The position numbers were made by a program, and so were the translations under genes. From assembly GCA_963790475.1 (NCBI GenBank), contig CAWBOS010000015.1:128001-192000 (forward strand): a stretch of DNA of 64,000 nt. The letters are read 5' to 3'. This document shows, piece after piece, positions 62,383-64,000 of this stretch. This stretch comes from an uncultured delta proteobacterium (GTDB lineage Bacteria; Desulfobacterota; RBG-13-43-22). Numbering within the stretch: the first letter of the stretch is position 1; the number at the start of each line of letters is the position of its first letter. The notes beneath the pieces were generated by a model. It worked only from the letters and a program-made list of their open reading frames with translations, searched no databases and was not told the DNA's origin.

Positions 62383-62412
62383 AAAAAAAAGGCCCGACTG
62401 GGGAGCCGGGCC
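62383..62412 (-). terminator. Rho-independent terminator
   Basis: Minus strand GGCCCGG...TCGGGCC followed by T8. Confidence 0.7.
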
Positions 62413-62420
62413 GGAAAGAG

Positions 62421-62633
62421 TTATCTAGATGTGTCACTTTTCGATTGGGGAAATTTGAGTTTCCCTTCACCGGGCACACTTTTGGGATTTACAAGCCTTG
62501 AGGCATCATCCACACAATTCTTTTTTTCCTCATCACTCAATGAATTTGGATCCCGCAGTGCCTCCCAGGGACAGAAAAATCTATTTCCCGCCTTGTCCTT
62601 TACCCATACTAAGGGTTCCGTCTTTAAAGCCAT
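62421..62633 (-). CDS. Small hypothetical protein with two Cys
   Basis: AGGAGG RBS, own terminator, VWVKDKAGNRFFCP...NCVDD. Confidence 0.75.
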   Translation of the reverse strand: MALKTEPLVWVKDKAGNRFFCPWEALRDPNSLSDEEKKNCVDDASRLVNPKSVPGEGKLKFPQSKSDTSR

Positions 62634-63275
62634 AGTCCTCCTTTCTGTCGAGCAGAATGAATTGCCCTTTTAATGAGATCAGTTGCCAACTTTGTTGCTA
62701 TTATTATTTACAACGAAATCAAACGCAATAATGTGAAACCAGTATTTATCATCTAATCACCTCCTCCCCTTAAGTACAGTGAAGCTTCCGCGGGAGAGTT
62801 GGGGGAAAACCTCCTTCTTGACAATGAAACCCTCTCCAGGGCCTTTGTTAGGCTCACAGATAGCAATGCTGGGTGTTCAATGGTTTTTCTTCGGAGGTAA
62901 TTTTATTTTCGGTTGCATCGCTGCTGGCACTGTTGTTTATGGTATTATCAGGGAGTTCCCTCGGTCTTGGCGCCTGACAATCCCGGGGGAAAAAAATGAT
63001 TGAGCCTATCATTCGGCGGAGTTCAAATGTGCCTTTGGAAAAACAATTTTAATTGGGATAGAATAAAATTCAGGATGCCTAGAATCCCTTTTCATTCAGG
63101 GAAATACTCTTTGAGGCGTCTCATCTTCAGATAGCGCAATATATTGAGTTCAAAGAGCAATCTTCAACTTTCCTGGCCCACCGCGGATTCAAAGAATTCG
63201 CAGATGTGCCTCCCTTCCAAGCTTATTATGACACTGCCGGTCTACTCAAGTAATGGCCTGGACAAATTTAGTTGG

Positions 63276-63551
63276 TCAGGGTTTTAAGGTAACCAGGGTT
63301 GCCCCCCAGCCTCCGGCCTCGTCACCGGCCGACTGAAAAAAGCTTACTTCGGGGATTCGTTCAAGGATGGCCTGGACCGTTCGTCTCAAAGTCCCACTGC
63401 CTTTGCCATGAATTATGCGCACCTGAAGGATACCTTCCTCTCGACAGGCCGCTAAGTATTCGGGAATGAGGTCCTTGACTTCGTTAGGGCGAAAGGTGTG
63501 CAGGTCCAGGATACCGTCAATAGGTAATTTAATAGGGTCGTTTTGGACCAT
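63276..63551 (-). CDS. Smr/MutS2 domain protein
   Basis: LDLHTF, IIHGKGSG and GGWGAT motifs. Confidence 0.92.
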   Translation of the reverse strand: MVQNDPIKLPIDGILDLHTFRPNEVKDLIPEYLAACREEGILQVRIIHGKGSGTLRRTVQAILERIPEVSFFQSAGDEAGGWGATLVTLKP

Positions 63552-63553
63552 AA

Positions 63554-64000
63554 TTATTCAAATAATAAAGGCAGGCGGTCGGCCACCAGAAAGCCCTTCA
63601 ATGTCGGAACAAGATGGCTGCCAGTTATCGTCGCCCAATCATTGTTGAGGAATTTTGGCAAAATTTTTCCCAGGTTCAGCTTGTCACCTAACCGATTAAG
63701 ATCCAACCCGGACTGTGTCCTTAACCCCAGACTGATCCATTCCATTAGGACCTGTTCCTCATCAAGCTCTTCCTGTCCCTCTATCGGGGCCAGTCCTTCT
63801 TCCAGGGTCCGGCAATATTGATTAATAGACCGGACATTCCACCAGCGACGGTTTTCCTTAAAGGAATGAGCCGAAGGCCCCAACCCCAGATAGGGGAGCC
63901 GCTGCCAATATTTTTGATTGTGCCTGGAAAAGTATTTTTCGTCCCGGGCGAAATTGGAAATTTCATAGTGGATATACCCGCGGTCTTCCAGAAACCGGGC
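63554..64000 (-). CDS. hemW: HemW/HemN-like radical SAM heme chaperone (3' part)
   Basis: Open from the window edge: HYEISNFAR..SRHNQKYW..YLGLGPSAHS..LGLRT. Confidence 0.88.
   Translation of the reverse strand, partial: ARFLEDRGYIHYEISNFARDEKYFSRHNQKYWQRLPYLGLGPSAHSFKENRRWWNVRSINQYCRTLEEGLAPIEGQEELDEEQVLMEWISLGLRTQSGLDLNRLGDKLNLGKILPKFLNNDWATITGSHLVPTLKGFLVADRLPLLFE

Noticed and set aside
62779-63003. 74-aa plus-strand ORF
   Set aside because: Has a hydrophobic stretch but no clear start or family. Too little support.

Overview
Window from a bacterial chromosome, inferred to be a deltaproteobacterium (Desulfobacterota) from gene order and content. About 5-39 kb is housekeeping backbone: cysS, ispDF, rnpB, rpoD-dnaG, his, leuS, rib, glyA, fab, gltX and four tRNAs. 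About nine small indels split genes, including essential ones, and are probably assembly errors. The most striking signal is at the left edge. An unannotated ORF (704-567, minus strand) has its own promoter and RBS and reads ...C-H-K-TGA-E-S-C-K-S-TGA-T-L-L-G. This puts Cys or TGA at every third codon, followed by a SECIS-like hairpin, directly upstream of a radical SAM gene. It is a candidate selenocysteine-containing RiPP precursor with its maturase. Other notable items: acyl-CoA dehydrogenase/EtfBA genes sitting where fabH-fabD usually are; a second type II FAS/PKS-like cluster after tRNA-Glu; a lexA-polB2 cassette with an E. coli-type SOS box; an ISL3 element cleanly interrupting a PEP-CTERM gene; an attC-like cassette relic; and many inverted heptamer repeat tracts. 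All calls were made by eye, with no database searches.
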